Shown piece by piece: positions 50,701 to 60,757 of a DNA stretch of 64,000 bases. The translations under genes and the position numbers were made by a program. Location: assembly GCA_963719515.1 (NCBI GenBank), contig CAVRCJ010000010.1, positions 800,001 through 864,000 of the forward strand, read 5' to 3'. The stretch is from an uncultured cyanobacterium. Lineage in GTDB: Bacteria; Cyanobacteriota; Cyanobacteriia; CAKZMO01. The notes under the pieces were generated by a model, which worked only from the letters and a program-made list of their open reading frames with translations, was not told the origin of the DNA and did not search any database. How positions within the stretch are numbered: position 1 is the stretch's first letter; the number at the start of each line of letters is the position of its first letter.

Positions 50701-53075
50701 ATGACCCCACTCCAGCCTCCAAACAATGCCTACACTCACTCACCTGAGCAGCATCCTAATCTGATTCTAGGAAGCTTTCAGCTGCTTTTTTGGCTGGTTT
50801 TCTACCCTCGGCTTGGGAGAATCATATCCAGCGCCTCGACTCTTCCCTCAATAAGAACTTTCTCGCTACTGCGGCTATTTCGCCAGCAGCGATGGCATCG
50901 CGGGCAAATCTGGAAGTTTTTGATTCAAGGATTTGTTCTTTTACCCGTCTTTTTAAGTCTGTTGACAGGCGTCGTTTCCTTCAGCTTAGGGACGTCTTCT
51001 TGAAGAGTGGCGACGGCGGGCGTGGCGTGGCGTATGGCGTGACGTTGGCGTGGCGGTAGGCGTGGCGTTGGCGTGGCGGTAGGCGTGGCATATGGCGTGG
51101 CGTTCGGCGTGGCGGTTGGCGTGGCGTTGGCGTGTGCGTAGGCGTGATGGTAGGCGTGGCGTTAGGTGTGATGGGAGACGTGGCGTTGGCGTGGCGTTGG
51201 CGTGGCGGTAGGCGTGGCGTTCGGCGTGGCGTTGGCGTGGCGGAAGGCGTGGCGTAGGCGTGGCATTCGGCGTAGTGGTAGGCGTGGATGGGAGGCGTGG
51301 CGTGGCGGTGGTGGTGGATCGTGGCGGTAGGCGTAGCGGGAGGCGTAGCGGATGCACGGGGCTATGGGTGAACTGGTGGCGACCAGTTCTTATGTTCGCT
51401 GGACTCACTCCATGGCACATTCTTCTGTATCGCATCGATGAACTTCCGTGCTGGAAAATTTCCAAGCCTCCTTCCACCAGACACATCGCCTTCTGGGATG
51501 AATGGCAATATCTCCCCATCCCCGATCTCGACAAGCACCTCCTCCTAGTCCTCGAGCGCAGCCCCACAGAAGGCCAAGCCGCCCTCAACTACCTCAGCAG
51601 CACCCGCCAGCGCTGGGCCGCCGATTGCCGCCCAAATCGAACTCGACACCCGCCAGCTAGAGCGCTGCGACACCCCTCAAGAATATCGCCCAAATCCACA
51701 AAGCCCTCACCCTCAGCGATCTCAGCGGCCCCGCCAACCCCCTCTTCCGCAGCTTCAACCGCCTCAGCGAAGACACCGCCGCCGCCCTCAACCAAGCCAG
51801 CCCCTACAACCAGCGCCTTGCCCTCACCGCAGTCGCCGAAAAGCCTCGACGCCCTCATCCGCGAGCTCACCCGCAGCAGCGACAAATACGCCGTCCGCTT
51901 CCGCCCCATCGCCCAGCGCTGGAGCCGCATCATCGCCCTTCACATCCAAGACCTCACCCAAGCCGCCGAGCAGCGCCAAGAAATCGACTCCCCCTACATC
52001 ATCGGCGTCCCCCTCACCGAGCGTCAGGAAATCTTCGTCGGTCGCATCGATATCAGCGCCCGCATCGAGCAGCTCCTCCTCGATCGCCGCCGCCCGCCCC
52101 TATTGCTCTACGGCCAGCGCCGCACCGGCAAAACCTCCCTGCTCCACAACCTAGGCCGCCTGCTGCCCAACAGCGTCGTGCCTCTATTCGTCGACCTCCA
52201 AGGCCCCGCCTCCAGCGCCAGCGACCACGCCGGTTTTTTGTACAACCTAGCCCGTGGCATGGCCACCTCCGCCCAGCGCCAGCGCAGCCTCTCCCTCCCC
52301 CCTTTGAGCCGAGAGACCCTCACCGCCGACCCCTTCACCAGCTTCGACGAATGGCTCGACGCCGTAGAAGCCACACTACAGGGCAGCACCGCTCTGCTCA
52401 CCTTCGACGAATTCGAAGTACTCGACCAAGCCCTCACCACGGGCCGCTTCAGCGAGACCCTTGTACTCGGCATGCTCCGCAACCTCATCCAGCACCGCCC
52501 CCGCTTCAAAGTGCTTTTCGCAGGTTCTCACACCCTCGAAGAATTCCAGCGCTGGAGCAGCTACCTCATCAACGCCCAGACCCTGCACCTGGGCTACCTC
52601 AAAGATGACGAAACCCGCCAGCTAATCGAGCGGCCCTCCGCCGACCTCGCTCTCCGCTATCGGCCCGAGGCCTGCGATCGCGTCCTCGCCCTCACGAAGG
52701 GGCACCCCTTCCTGGTGCAGCTGCTCTGCGCCGAAATCGTGGTGCTCAAAAACGAGCAGGACCCCAGCGTCCGCCGGCTGGCCACCCTTAAAGACGTCAA
52801 CGCCGCCGTCCCCGAAGCCCTGAGCAGCGGCAGCATGTTTTTTAGCGACATTGAAGGGAACCAGCTCAGTGAGACTGCGACCAAACTGCTGCACTACATG
52901 GCCGCTCAAGGTGAAGGGGCGATCGCTAATCCTTCAGCGCTGGCTCAGCACTGCGACAACGCAGACTTCGCAGCAGCGATCGCCCTTTTACAGCAGCGAG
53001 AGCTAATCGACGCCGCCGAGGAGCGGGTATCAAATTCGAGTGGAGCTAATCCGGCGGTGGTTTGAGCCGCGCTAG
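50701..53075 (+). pseudogene. Multiply frameshifted membrane-anchored P-loop ATPase gene with GVA(x)-repeat region (pseudogene or local assembly errors)
   Basis: Protein-like text switches frame near 50815, 50870, 51010-51350, 51620-51840 and 53020; SPYIIGVPL, GQRRTGKTS, LLTFDEFE, TKGHPFLVQ; final YQIRVELIRRWF is in another frame. Confidence 0.8.
51010..51350 (+). repeat. Low-complexity GGCGT / GGCGTGGCGTT tandem array encoding Gly-Val-Ala-rich repeats
   Basis: Dozens of GGCGT(G/T/A) units. Confidence 0.9.
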
Positions 53076-53150
53076 CGAGTCTGCGAGCTACTAGCGCACT
53101 ACATCAGCTCACAGACCTAGAATTAAAGGGAATTGCGCACCTCCCCACAC

Positions 53151-55451
53151 ATGAAATCCTCCCCTATAACGCAAGATCTAGTTTTGATTGGCGGCGGCCA
53201 TAGCCACGCGATCGTCCTCAAGCAGTTTGCAATGAACCCGGTACCGGGAGTGCGCCTCACCCTGATTACCAATGTCTCCCACACCCCCTACTCCGGGATG
53301 CTGCCGGGGTATGTGGCGGGCCTGTATACCTTTGACGAATGCCACATTGACCTATGGCCCCTATGCCACTCAGCGGGGGCAAGGCTAATTTTAGACCGGG
53401 CCTCCGGCTTAGATTTGAGCCACCAGCGGGTGCACTGCGCTCAGCATCCCCCCATCGCCTTTGACCTCCTCTCTATCGACATCGGCAGCACCCCCGCTAC
53501 CACGGGCATTGACGGCGCAGAGCACTTAATTCCGGTAAAGCCCATCTCGAAGTTTCTCACCCGCTGGGATGCCCTAGTGGAAAGTCTAATAGGGCAGCCG
53601 CGATCGCCTTTGGCCCTGGCCGTCGTGGGCGGCGGTGCGGGGGGCGTTGAGCTGGCGTTGGCGATAGAGGCCCGCTTCCGGCGGCTCAGTCAGCAGACTC
53701 AAAAAGCGAGGAATCTCGACATTCATCTGTTTCAGCGTGGGGACAAAATTCTGCCCAACCGTTCCCAAATGATGCGTCGCCAAGTCAAGCGACAGCTCCA
53801 GCAGCGCCGCATGATGCTGCACACCGGGCAGAAGGTGACCGCCATAAAGTCTTTTAAAGATTCTGGGTCTAGGCCAGAGGGCCACCCGCTCAGCGTCGTG
53901 ACCCAGCAAGATAAGCTCCCCTGTGACGCGGTGTTTTGGGTGACGGGGGCTTCGGCAGCGCCTTGGATCGCCACCTCGGGCCTTGAAACCGACGGGCAGG
54001 GCTTTATTGCCGTCAATTCCGCGCTCCAGTCCTCCCACCCCAGGGTGTTTGCCGCCGGAGATATCGCCACCCTGCTGGAGCACCCTCGCCCCAAGGCCGG
54101 CGTTTTCGCGGTGCGTCAGGGCCAGCCCCTCTACGACAACCTGCGGCGATCGCTTTTAGGCCAGCCGCTAAAGCCCTTCATCCCCCAAAAGCAGTTTTTA
54201 ATCTTGGTGGGAACGGGGGACGAGCGGGCGATCGCCTCGCGGGGACCGTTTGCTTTGGGGCCTTCCTCGCTGCTGTGGCGCTGGAAAGACCGCATCGACC
54301 GCAGGTTTATGGCGCAGTTTGCCCCCCAGGAGGCCAATGCTGCCGCCGATGCTGCGATGGCGTCACCCTCTAAGGGACAGGCCCCCATCATGTCCTGCGG
54401 CGGCTGCGGCGCAAAAGTAGGCAGTGCGGCCCTCAGCGCGGCGTTGACCCGAGTTCGTGTGGAATGCTCCGGCGTCATCCCCGCCGACGTGGTGCTAGGT
54501 CTAGAGGCCGCTGACGATGCAGCGGTGATACGCCCCCCGGCTGACCAGCTCTGGGTTCAAACCGTGGACTACTTCCCGGCGCTGATTGACGATCCTTTTG
54601 TGCTGGGACAAATTACGGCCCACCACTGCCTCAACGACCTGTGGGCCATGGGGGCCTCCCCCCACAGCGTACTGGCGATCGCCACGTTGCCCTACGCCAC
54701 CGCCGCCAAGCATGAAGAGCTGCTGTACCACCTGCTTTCCGGGCTAGTTAAGGTGCTGCATCAGGAGGGCGCGGCGCTGCTGGGGGGCCATACGATAGAA
54801 GGCGAAACGCTGGCCCTTGGCCTCACCTGCAACGGCACCGTCCCGCCCGAACGGCTGCTGCGGAAGTCCGGCCTTCAGGCGGGGCAGTCTCTGATTCTCA
54901 CGAAGGCTCTGGGCACCGGCACCCTATTTGCGGCGGCGCAGCAGCAGCGGGCCAAAGGGCGCTGGATTGAAGGGGCGATCGCCGCCATGCTGCGCAGCAA
55001 CGCCGCCGCTGCGGCCTGCCTGCAGAAATACGGAGCTGCGGCCTGCACCGATGTCACCGGATTTGGCCTACTGGGGCACCTGTTGGAAATGGTGTCGGCG
55101 ACCGCAGACGCAGACGCCCAGCCGGTGGGAGTTACCCTAATGTTGAATGCTCTACCGCTGCTAGAGGGCACAGCCGACACCCTCGCCCAGGGCATCTTTA
55201 GCTCCCTCCACCCTCAAAACCAGCAGGCCGAGATTCGCCTCCACAACCCTCAGCAGGCCCAGCTGCCGCACTATGCCGCGCTCTTCGACCCGCAGACCTC
55301 TGGCGGGCTGCTGGCGGCGGTCCCGCAGGAGAAGGCTGAGCCCTGCCTAGCGGCGCTGCAGGCTTTGGGCTATGACCACAGCGCCATCATTGGCACCATA
55401 GACTCGCTGGGAGATCTTACCCCGGACAAACCCGTTAGGATTGAGGGGTAA
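53151..55451 (+). CDS. selD: Selenide, water dikinase fused to an N-terminal pyridine nucleotide-disulfide oxidoreductase domain
   Basis: GGGHSH, YSGMLPG, RPKAGVFAVRQG; SCGGCGAKV, DDAAV, TDVTGFGL, DPQTSGGLL. Confidence 0.94.
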   Translation: MKSSPITQDLVLIGGGHSHAIVLKQFAMNPVPGVRLTLITNVSHTPYSGMLPGYVAGLYTFDECHIDLWPLCHSAGARLILDRASGLDLSHQRVHCAQHPPIAFDLLSIDIGSTPATTGIDGAEHLIPVKPISKFLTRWDALVESLIGQPRSPLALAVVGGGAGGVELALAIEARFRRLSQQTQKARNLDIHLFQRGDKILPNRSQMMRRQVKRQLQQRRMMLHTGQKVTAIKSFKDSGSRPEGHPLSVVTQQDKLPCDAVFWVTGASAAPWIATSGLETDGQGFIAVNSALQSSHPRVFAAGDIATLLEHPRPKAGVFAVRQGQPLYDNLRRSLLGQPLKPFIPQKQFLILVGTGDERAIASRGPFALGPSSLLWRWKDRIDRRFMAQFAPQEANAAADAAMASPSKGQAPIMSCGGCGAKVGSAALSAALTRVRVECSGVIPADVVLGLEAADDAAVIRPPADQLWVQTVDYFPALIDDPFVLGQITAHHCLNDLWAMGASPHSVLAIATLPYATAAKHEELLYHLLSGLVKVLHQEGAALLGGHTIEGETLALGLTCNGTVPPERLLRKSGLQAGQSLILTKALGTGTLFAAAQQQRAKGRWIEGAIAAMLRSNAAAAACLQKYGAAACTDVTGFGLLGHLLEMVSATADADAQPVGVTLMLNALPLLEGTADTLAQGIFSSLHPQNQQAEIRLHNPQQAQLPHYAALFDPQTSGGLLAAVPQEKAEPCLAALQALGYDHSAIIGTIDSLGDLTPDKPVRIEG

Positions 55452-55453
55452 CG

Positions 55454-56557
55454 TTGCCCCAATTTGTAGCCTCTTTCATGCTCACCGTTGAAGAGTTTTT
55501 GCAGCGCCCTGGCCCCATCCTCGACGTGCGTAGCCCAGCCGAGTTTGCCCAAGGCCACCTCCCTGAATCGCGATCGCTTCCCCTATTCGACGATGACGAG
55601 CGGGCCCAAGTGGGCACCTGCTATAAGCAGCAGGGGCGGGATGCGGCAGTGGAGCTGGGGCTAGAGCTGGTGGGGCCAAAGCTGGTAACCTTCGCGCGTC
55701 AGGCTAAGGCTTGGGCCAGTGAGGAGGCCAATCAGGGGGCCAATCAGGGGGCCAGCCAGGAGGGCGGCCAAGTGCGGGTCCACTGCTGGCGGGGCGGCAT
55801 GCGCAGCAGCAGCATGGCCTGGCTGCTGGAGACGTCCGGCCTGTCGGCAACGGTGCTCAAAGGGGGGTATAAAGCCTTTCGCCACTGGGTGCGCCAAACC
55901 CTCAGCATTTCAAAGCCTATTTTTAGCCTGGGCGGCATGACCGGCACCGGCAAAACCTTAGTGCTGACGGCGCTAGCGGCGCAGGGAGAGCAGGTGCTGG
56001 ATTTGGAAGGGCTGGCCCACCATCGCGGCAGCAGCTACGGCAATCTCTGCCTCCCCCCCCAGCCCACCAACGAGCAGTTTGAGAACCGAGTAGCGGCAGC
56101 CTGGCAAGGGTTCGATCCCCAGCGACCGGTGTGGATTGAGGCAGAAAGCCGCCGCATTGGCGCCTGCCGCGTGCCGGATGAGCTGTTCGCTCAGATGATG
56201 CAGGCTCCGGTGGTGCAGATTGGGCGATCGCCCGCCGAACGGATCGCGCTTTTGGCCGATGAGTATGGCGACGCCGATTCCTCAGAGCTGGTGGCCGCAA
56301 CGGAGCGTATTCGCAAGCGACTGGGGGGGCTGCGCACCCAGCAGGCGATCGACGCCATTCACGAGGGGGATTTGCAGCAGGCGATCGCCCTCGTGCTCTC
56401 CTACTATGACAAGACCTATCGCTACGATCTAGAGCAGCGATGCGCCCCTATTCAAGTTGTAGAGGTCACTGGACTGAGCGCCGAGCAGGCCGCTACCCGG
56501 CTGCGGCAGATTGTCCATCCAGACGCAGCAAGCCGTTTATGCAGCGCCAATTTCTGA
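55454..56557 (+). CDS. selU: tRNA 2-selenouridine synthase
   Basis: Rhodanese DVRSPAEF...CWRGGMRS, P-loop GMTGTGKT, HRGS, EAESRRIG. Confidence 0.94.
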   Translation: MPQFVASFMLTVEEFLQRPGPILDVRSPAEFAQGHLPESRSLPLFDDDERAQVGTCYKQQGRDAAVELGLELVGPKLVTFARQAKAWASEEANQGANQGASQEGGQVRVHCWRGGMRSSSMAWLLETSGLSATVLKGGYKAFRHWVRQTLSISKPIFSLGGMTGTGKTLVLTALAAQGEQVLDLEGLAHHRGSSYGNLCLPPQPTNEQFENRVAAAWQGFDPQRPVWIEAESRRIGACRVPDELFAQMMQAPVVQIGRSPAERIALLADEYGDADSSELVAATERIRKRLGGLRTQQAIDAIHEGDLQQAIALVLSYYDKTYRYDLEQRCAPIQVVEVTGLSAEQAATRLRQIVHPDAASRLCSANF

Positions 56558-56651
56558 TAGGGTAAGCACAGGATAATACTCTTGGGCTGCACTAGTTTGT
56601 TTATGCTGGGGAGCCCAGAACCCGTGTTTTTGGGAGGAGCCATACTAACCA

Positions 56652-56843
56652 ATGCTGACGATCTTGTTTCAACTCGCGCTGACCGCACTTATTGTGCTGT
56701 CCTTTGCCATGGTGATTGGCGTTCCGGTGGGCTATGCAACGCCCCAAAATTGGGACCAGTCAAAGCGATTGATCCTGTTGGGATCAATCGTCTGGGTGGC
56801 GCTAGTGCTCGTGGTGGGCAGCCTCAACTATCTAGTGGTGTAG
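56652..56843 (+). CDS. psbZ: Photosystem II reaction centre protein Z
   Basis: [23 protein letters not shown], two TM helices, SD GGAGG. Confidence 0.96.
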   Translation: MLTILFQLALTALIVLSFAMVIGVPVGYATPQNWDQSKRLILLGSIVWVALVLVVGSLNYLVV

Positions 56844-56853
56844 TCCAATTTAG

Positions 56854-57303
56854 CTAGTTCGTGAAAGCCCCCGCGCTGTATGCGCAGCATCAGCGTCGGG
56901 ATGTAAGCGAGCGAGTCGAGGTGCGCCCTTGACTGGATGCCGAAGGTGGCAATTAAGGGCAGCGCCGAGGCGAGCAAAGGGTACAATTGAACCAAGCTCA
57001 AACTATTTCATGGCGGCGGCCTGCTATCCTGACACAAACGTACAGCCCTTGGCTGGTGAACAGTGCAGACGGTAGAAAACGTAGCTGGAAATTGAATACT
57101 CGTCACTGTCTGGGGTTGGTCATTGCCTGGACATTAAACAAATCGCCTGTCGATGGGATCTAATCGGGGTTGCACGGCTTGCTGCGTAACTAGACAGGAC
57201 CAGATGAAGCAGGAAACCTTCTTGCGCGGCATCCATTAAATTGTGGTGCGTGAGCCAAGAAGCCCGCGCTCTATCTAAAAGATGAGCGTCGGGAGTATGT
57301 CGC
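56854..57303 (+). mobile_element. Non-autonomous IS200/IS605-family element A (450 bp, no transposase)
   Basis: Left hairpin CCCGCGCTG...CAGCGTCGGG 56870-56900; right GAAG-CCCGCGCTC...GAGCGTCGGG-AGTATGTCGC; TTAG immediately 5'. Confidence 0.8.
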
Positions 57304-57407
57304 GGGTACAACCGGATAAAAGTAGCGTGGCACTTGAGTCGATACAGGCTTGCTGAATGTAGCAAGCCTGCACTATCGTGAATGAGCAACACTGACAATC
57401 TGGGACT

Positions 57408-57983
57408 ATGGCTGTATTTGAAGGAACGTTCTCGCAAACCGGCTCGATGCGGTTTGCGATTGTTATCGGTCGGTTCAACGATTTGATTACAGATAAGCTA
57501 TTAGCGGCCTGTCAAGATTGTCTCAAGCGCCACGGCGTTGACCCCACACCAGAGGGCACCCAGGTAGACTACGCCTGGGTACCGGGCAGCTTCGAAATCC
57601 CAATGCTGGCCCGGCAGCTGGCTCTCACCTACCGTTACGATGCCATCATCTGCCTGGGCGCAGTGATTCGTGGCCAAACTCCCCATTTTGACTACGTCGC
57701 CGCCGAGGTCTCGAAGGGCATTGCGTCGGCCAGCGCTCAGACGGGGGTGCCGGTAGTTTTCGGCATCTTGACCACCGACACGATGCAGCAGGCCTTGGAG
57801 CGAGCGGGCATTAAAGGAAATCTAGGCTGGAGCTACGCCATGTCCGCCATGGAGATGGCGAGCCTCATGCGACAGGTCAACGGGGTAGCCCCCCAGTCAA
57901 ACGGTCGGGACCTACCGGCCGCTGCGCCTTCTGCGCCTCCTGCGCTGCGAACGGCCTCCCCAGAATCGGCACAGGATAGCTAG
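57408..57983 (+). CDS. ribH: 6,7-dimethyl-8-ribityllumazine synthase
   Basis: [34 protein letters not shown]. Confidence 0.97.
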   Translation: MAVFEGTFSQTGSMRFAIVIGRFNDLITDKLLAACQDCLKRHGVDPTPEGTQVDYAWVPGSFEIPMLARQLALTYRYDAIICLGAVIRGQTPHFDYVAAEVSKGIASASAQTGVPVVFGILTTDTMQQALERAGIKGNLGWSYAMSAMEMASLMRQVNGVAPQSNGRDLPAAAPSAPPALRTASPESAQDS

Positions 57984-58166
57984 CCTCGGACAGCCTGTTC
58001 AGACCGGTGCCGAACTGTTTTTGCCTGACGGCAGAGCCTGACGGTCGCGCTTTGGCAAGCGGGTTGCCCTGCTAAAATGTGTTAATGTATACAAACTAAA
58101 TGATGCCTCTGTTTTGCAGCGGCTGCCCTTAGTGGATCACAGCCAAAGCAAAGTTTATCCTCTGAG

Positions 58167-58832
58167 GTGTCCTTCATCGAACATTACCAGGTCAAGTTCG
58201 AGACGCTCTGCATTGGCGGCGTAACCTACAAAATTCGCAGCCTGCTAGACCTTCAGCAGTTTTCAGATCCAGACGGACAGGCGCTCCAGCTCGGAATATC
58301 ATCAGCCATGTGGCCGCTGTTTGGGCAGGTGTGGCCCATGAGCAAGATTCTGGCTCAGGTGATGCTTCGGGAGACGCTTGAAGAGCGGCGCGTGCTTGAA
58401 ATCGGCTGTGGCATTGGCCTTCCTAGCCTAGTCGTCAAGCAGCTTGGTGGAAATATCACCGCAAGCGACCACCATCCTCTAGCAAAAGACTTTCTGCTAA
58501 AAAATACAATTCTCAATGCCCTAACCCCCATCCAGTTCAGCGCCGGGGATTGGAACGTTGAAGACCCTACGCTGGGAAAATTTGACTTAATTATTGGCAG
58601 CGATATTCTATATGAGCGCCAGCACGCCGATTTGACGTCTCTCTTTATCGACTCCCACTGCGATCGCCACGGAAAGGTGATTGTCATTGACCCAGGTCGC
58701 GGCTCTCACCGGGCGTTCGCCAGAGCGATGGAACGGTTGGGATACAGCCATTCATGGACCGACCTGAGAGACTATCCCAGCGAAGGCGTTAAGCCCAAAG
58801 GGTTTATTCTCAAATTTTCTCACCAGGGTTAG
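58167..58832 (+). CDS. Class I SAM-dependent methyltransferase (protein lysine methyltransferase-like)
   Basis: WPLFGQVWP, VLEIGCGIG, IIGSDILYE, DPGRG. Confidence 0.85.
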   Translation: MSFIEHYQVKFETLCIGGVTYKIRSLLDLQQFSDPDGQALQLGISSAMWPLFGQVWPMSKILAQVMLRETLEERRVLEIGCGIGLPSLVVKQLGGNITASDHHPLAKDFLLKNTILNALTPIQFSAGDWNVEDPTLGKFDLIIGSDILYERQHADLTSLFIDSHCDRHGKVIVIDPGRGSHRAFARAMERLGYSHSWTDLRDYPSEGVKPKGFILKFSHQG

Positions 58833-58886
58833 GCTGACCTTTAGTGCCCCACAGTTCAAAAGCGGCGGGCGGGCTGCAAGCGTAGC

Positions 58887-59278
58887 GTGACATCCTCCCG
58901 ACGCTGACAGCAAGCTGTACAGCGCGGGCTTCCTCAGTGACTCCCAGCTATTGCCGAGACATATCCTGAGATAGGTTTATACTCCGCCTGATGCCCCACG
59001 GCAGAGTTTTGAATTTTCATCTCCGCGAGGGAGGATACGCACTATGTGTCGCAGATACATTTGCAAACTGAGGAACGGGTGACTTGCAGCTTTCGCCTAC
59101 GGGCCCGTCACACTCTTTGCGGGGTGTATCACCTTGCTATCTCTATCATACCAACTGCTAGCCTCAGCGCTGAGCGCACTATCGGCTGTGCATCATTTTG
59201 CGGGCGCACTTCGGCTAGCGCGACTCTCATCCCGACGCTCACCCTGACGGGTAGAGCGCGGGGCTTCCTGTCTAGTAG
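58887..59278 (-). mobile_element. Non-autonomous IS200/IS605-family element B (392 bp, no transposase)
   Basis: Minus strand TTAG|CTACTAGACAGG-AAGC-CCCGCGCTC...GAGCGTCGGG; right end GAAG-CCCGCGCTG...CAGCGTCGGG-AGGATGTCAC. Confidence 0.82.
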
Positions 59279-59361
59279 CTAAAATGAGAATTGCAGCTCT
59301 ATCACAAGTCATCACCGCTAGATTCTATAGGATCTACTCGGACGCGCTTTCTCCGAGGCTT

Positions 59362-60600
59362 CTATCGCTGTCGCCGGTCAAGCCGCTCCATGGCCAGCGT
59401 AGCGGTGTTGCCGTGGATGAATAGCGACAGGACGACGGTCAGCGTCACGATATTCCACAGCACATCAATGTTCTCAAAGCTGCCGTTGTTTTGAGCATAG
59501 GCTAAGTAATAGAACGAGCCAAACCCTCGAATTCCCAGAAAGGCGATCGCCCCTCGCTCTAGCTTCGATAGCTTTATCCCCACCAGAGAGAGCAGCGCCG
59601 ACAGCGGCCTTACCAGCAGCATAAACAGCGCCGCAAACAGAACGTTACGCCAGGTCAGCAGGTTTACGTCGGCGGTGGCCACCAGTCCCCCCAGAGCAAT
59701 TAACAGCAGTCCAGCAAAAATCCGCTCTAGCTGCGTAGCAAATTGGTAGGGCTTAGAGTAATAGTCGTGAAACTTCTCGATATTCTGCCGGCTAGAGGCC
59801 GCCGCCGCAAACACCGCTAAGAAGCCGTAGCCGTGCAGCGCTTCCGCCAGCCCGTAGGACAAGAAAATAGCCGAAACAACGAACAGACCCTCGCGGGTGT
59901 CCTCGCGCACCGTCTCATCGGAAACGCGAAAGGCGTAGTGGGCCAGCAGCCAGCCGACGCCAATGCCGACGCCGACGCCCATCACCACCCGGTATACCGC
60001 GTCGTAGGCCAGCCAGTTCAATAGCCAGTCCCCAAACTTACCCTCGTGCTTTGCCACCCCCAGCGCCAGATAGATAAACGGAAACGCTAGGCCATCGTTG
60101 AGTCCGGCCTCGGCGGTTAAGCCAAAGCGCACGGGGCCTTCCCCTCCTTTGTTGGGCGGCCCCACCTGAACGCTGTGGGCCATCACAGGATCCGTTGGCG
60201 CGAGGCAAGCTCCCAGTAAAATTGCATCCGCCAGCGGTAAGCCAAAGATCCAGTTTCCCAGCAATACGGCGGCGATGATGCAGAGCGGCATCGAAATGCA
60301 CAAAAGCCGCAGCGCCGACTGCCAGGTGCGGAGACGAAAGCTGCGGTCGATGGCAAGTCCTGCCCCGGCCAGTGACAAAATTACGATCAGCTCTGTCGCA
60401 TATTCCGCGACGACGCTGTGGGTCTCATTGCGAATGGGGTCAATGAGCGGCAGCTCTACCGACTGGCTAAACAGGAGCGCTGCGAGCAGGAAGTAGAGTA
60501 GCGGCACGTTGATGAAGCGAGCACCCCGCAAGCTGGGCAACCAGGTCAGCCCTAACAGCGCTAGACCAAAGGCAATATATAACGTTATTTTGGGGTCCAT
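59362..60600 (-). CDS. Cation:proton antiporter (CPA1/NhaP-like)
   Basis: LAPTDPV, EAGLNDG, GIRGFGS, many TM segments. Confidence 0.92.
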   Translation of the reverse strand: MDPKITLYIAFGLALLGLTWLPSLRGARFINVPLLYFLLAALLFSQSVELPLIDPIRNETHSVVAEYATELIVILSLAGAGLAIDRSFRLRTWQSALRLLCISMPLCIIAAVLLGNWIFGLPLADAILLGACLAPTDPVMAHSVQVGPPNKGGEGPVRFGLTAEAGLNDGLAFPFIYLALGVAKHEGKFGDWLLNWLAYDAVYRVVMGVGVGIGVGWLLAHYAFRVSDETVREDTREGLFVVSAIFLSYGLAEALHGYGFLAVFAAAASSRQNIEKFHDYYSKPYQFATQLERIFAGLLLIALGGLVATADVNLLTWRNVLFAALFMLLVRPLSALLSLVGIKLSKLERGAIAFLGIRGFGSFYYLAYAQNNGSFENIDVLWNIVTLTVVLSLFIHGNTATLAMERLDRRQR

Positions 60601-60757
60601 AGCGCCAAGAATTGTAGGACAAGCAAGGCCGCATCTTCAACCTGGCCCCTTAAGAGGTTAGAACGTTAGACTCAAGCTTGCTCTATATCATCAGGCTAAG
60701 GTCGCCTGTAAGCACGGTTCTAAAGACGGAGTTACGACAGGTAGAAAGGCTGAACCG

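Noticed and set aside
51010..51350. Possible CRISPR array or diversity-generating retroelement
   Set aside because: Low-complexity pentamer repeats with no unique spacers; no cas or reverse transcriptase gene in the window
54385..54420. Selenocysteine codon in selD
   Set aside because: Both cysteine codons are TGC; no in-frame TGA
57000..57240. Group I intron (IStron) within element A
   Set aside because: Could not identify P7 or other catalytic core motifs by eye
56980..57311. 8-nt match GGGTACAA between element A's 3' flank and its own promoter (self-targeting idea)
   Set aside because: Short match with no TTAG next to the internal site; plausible by chance
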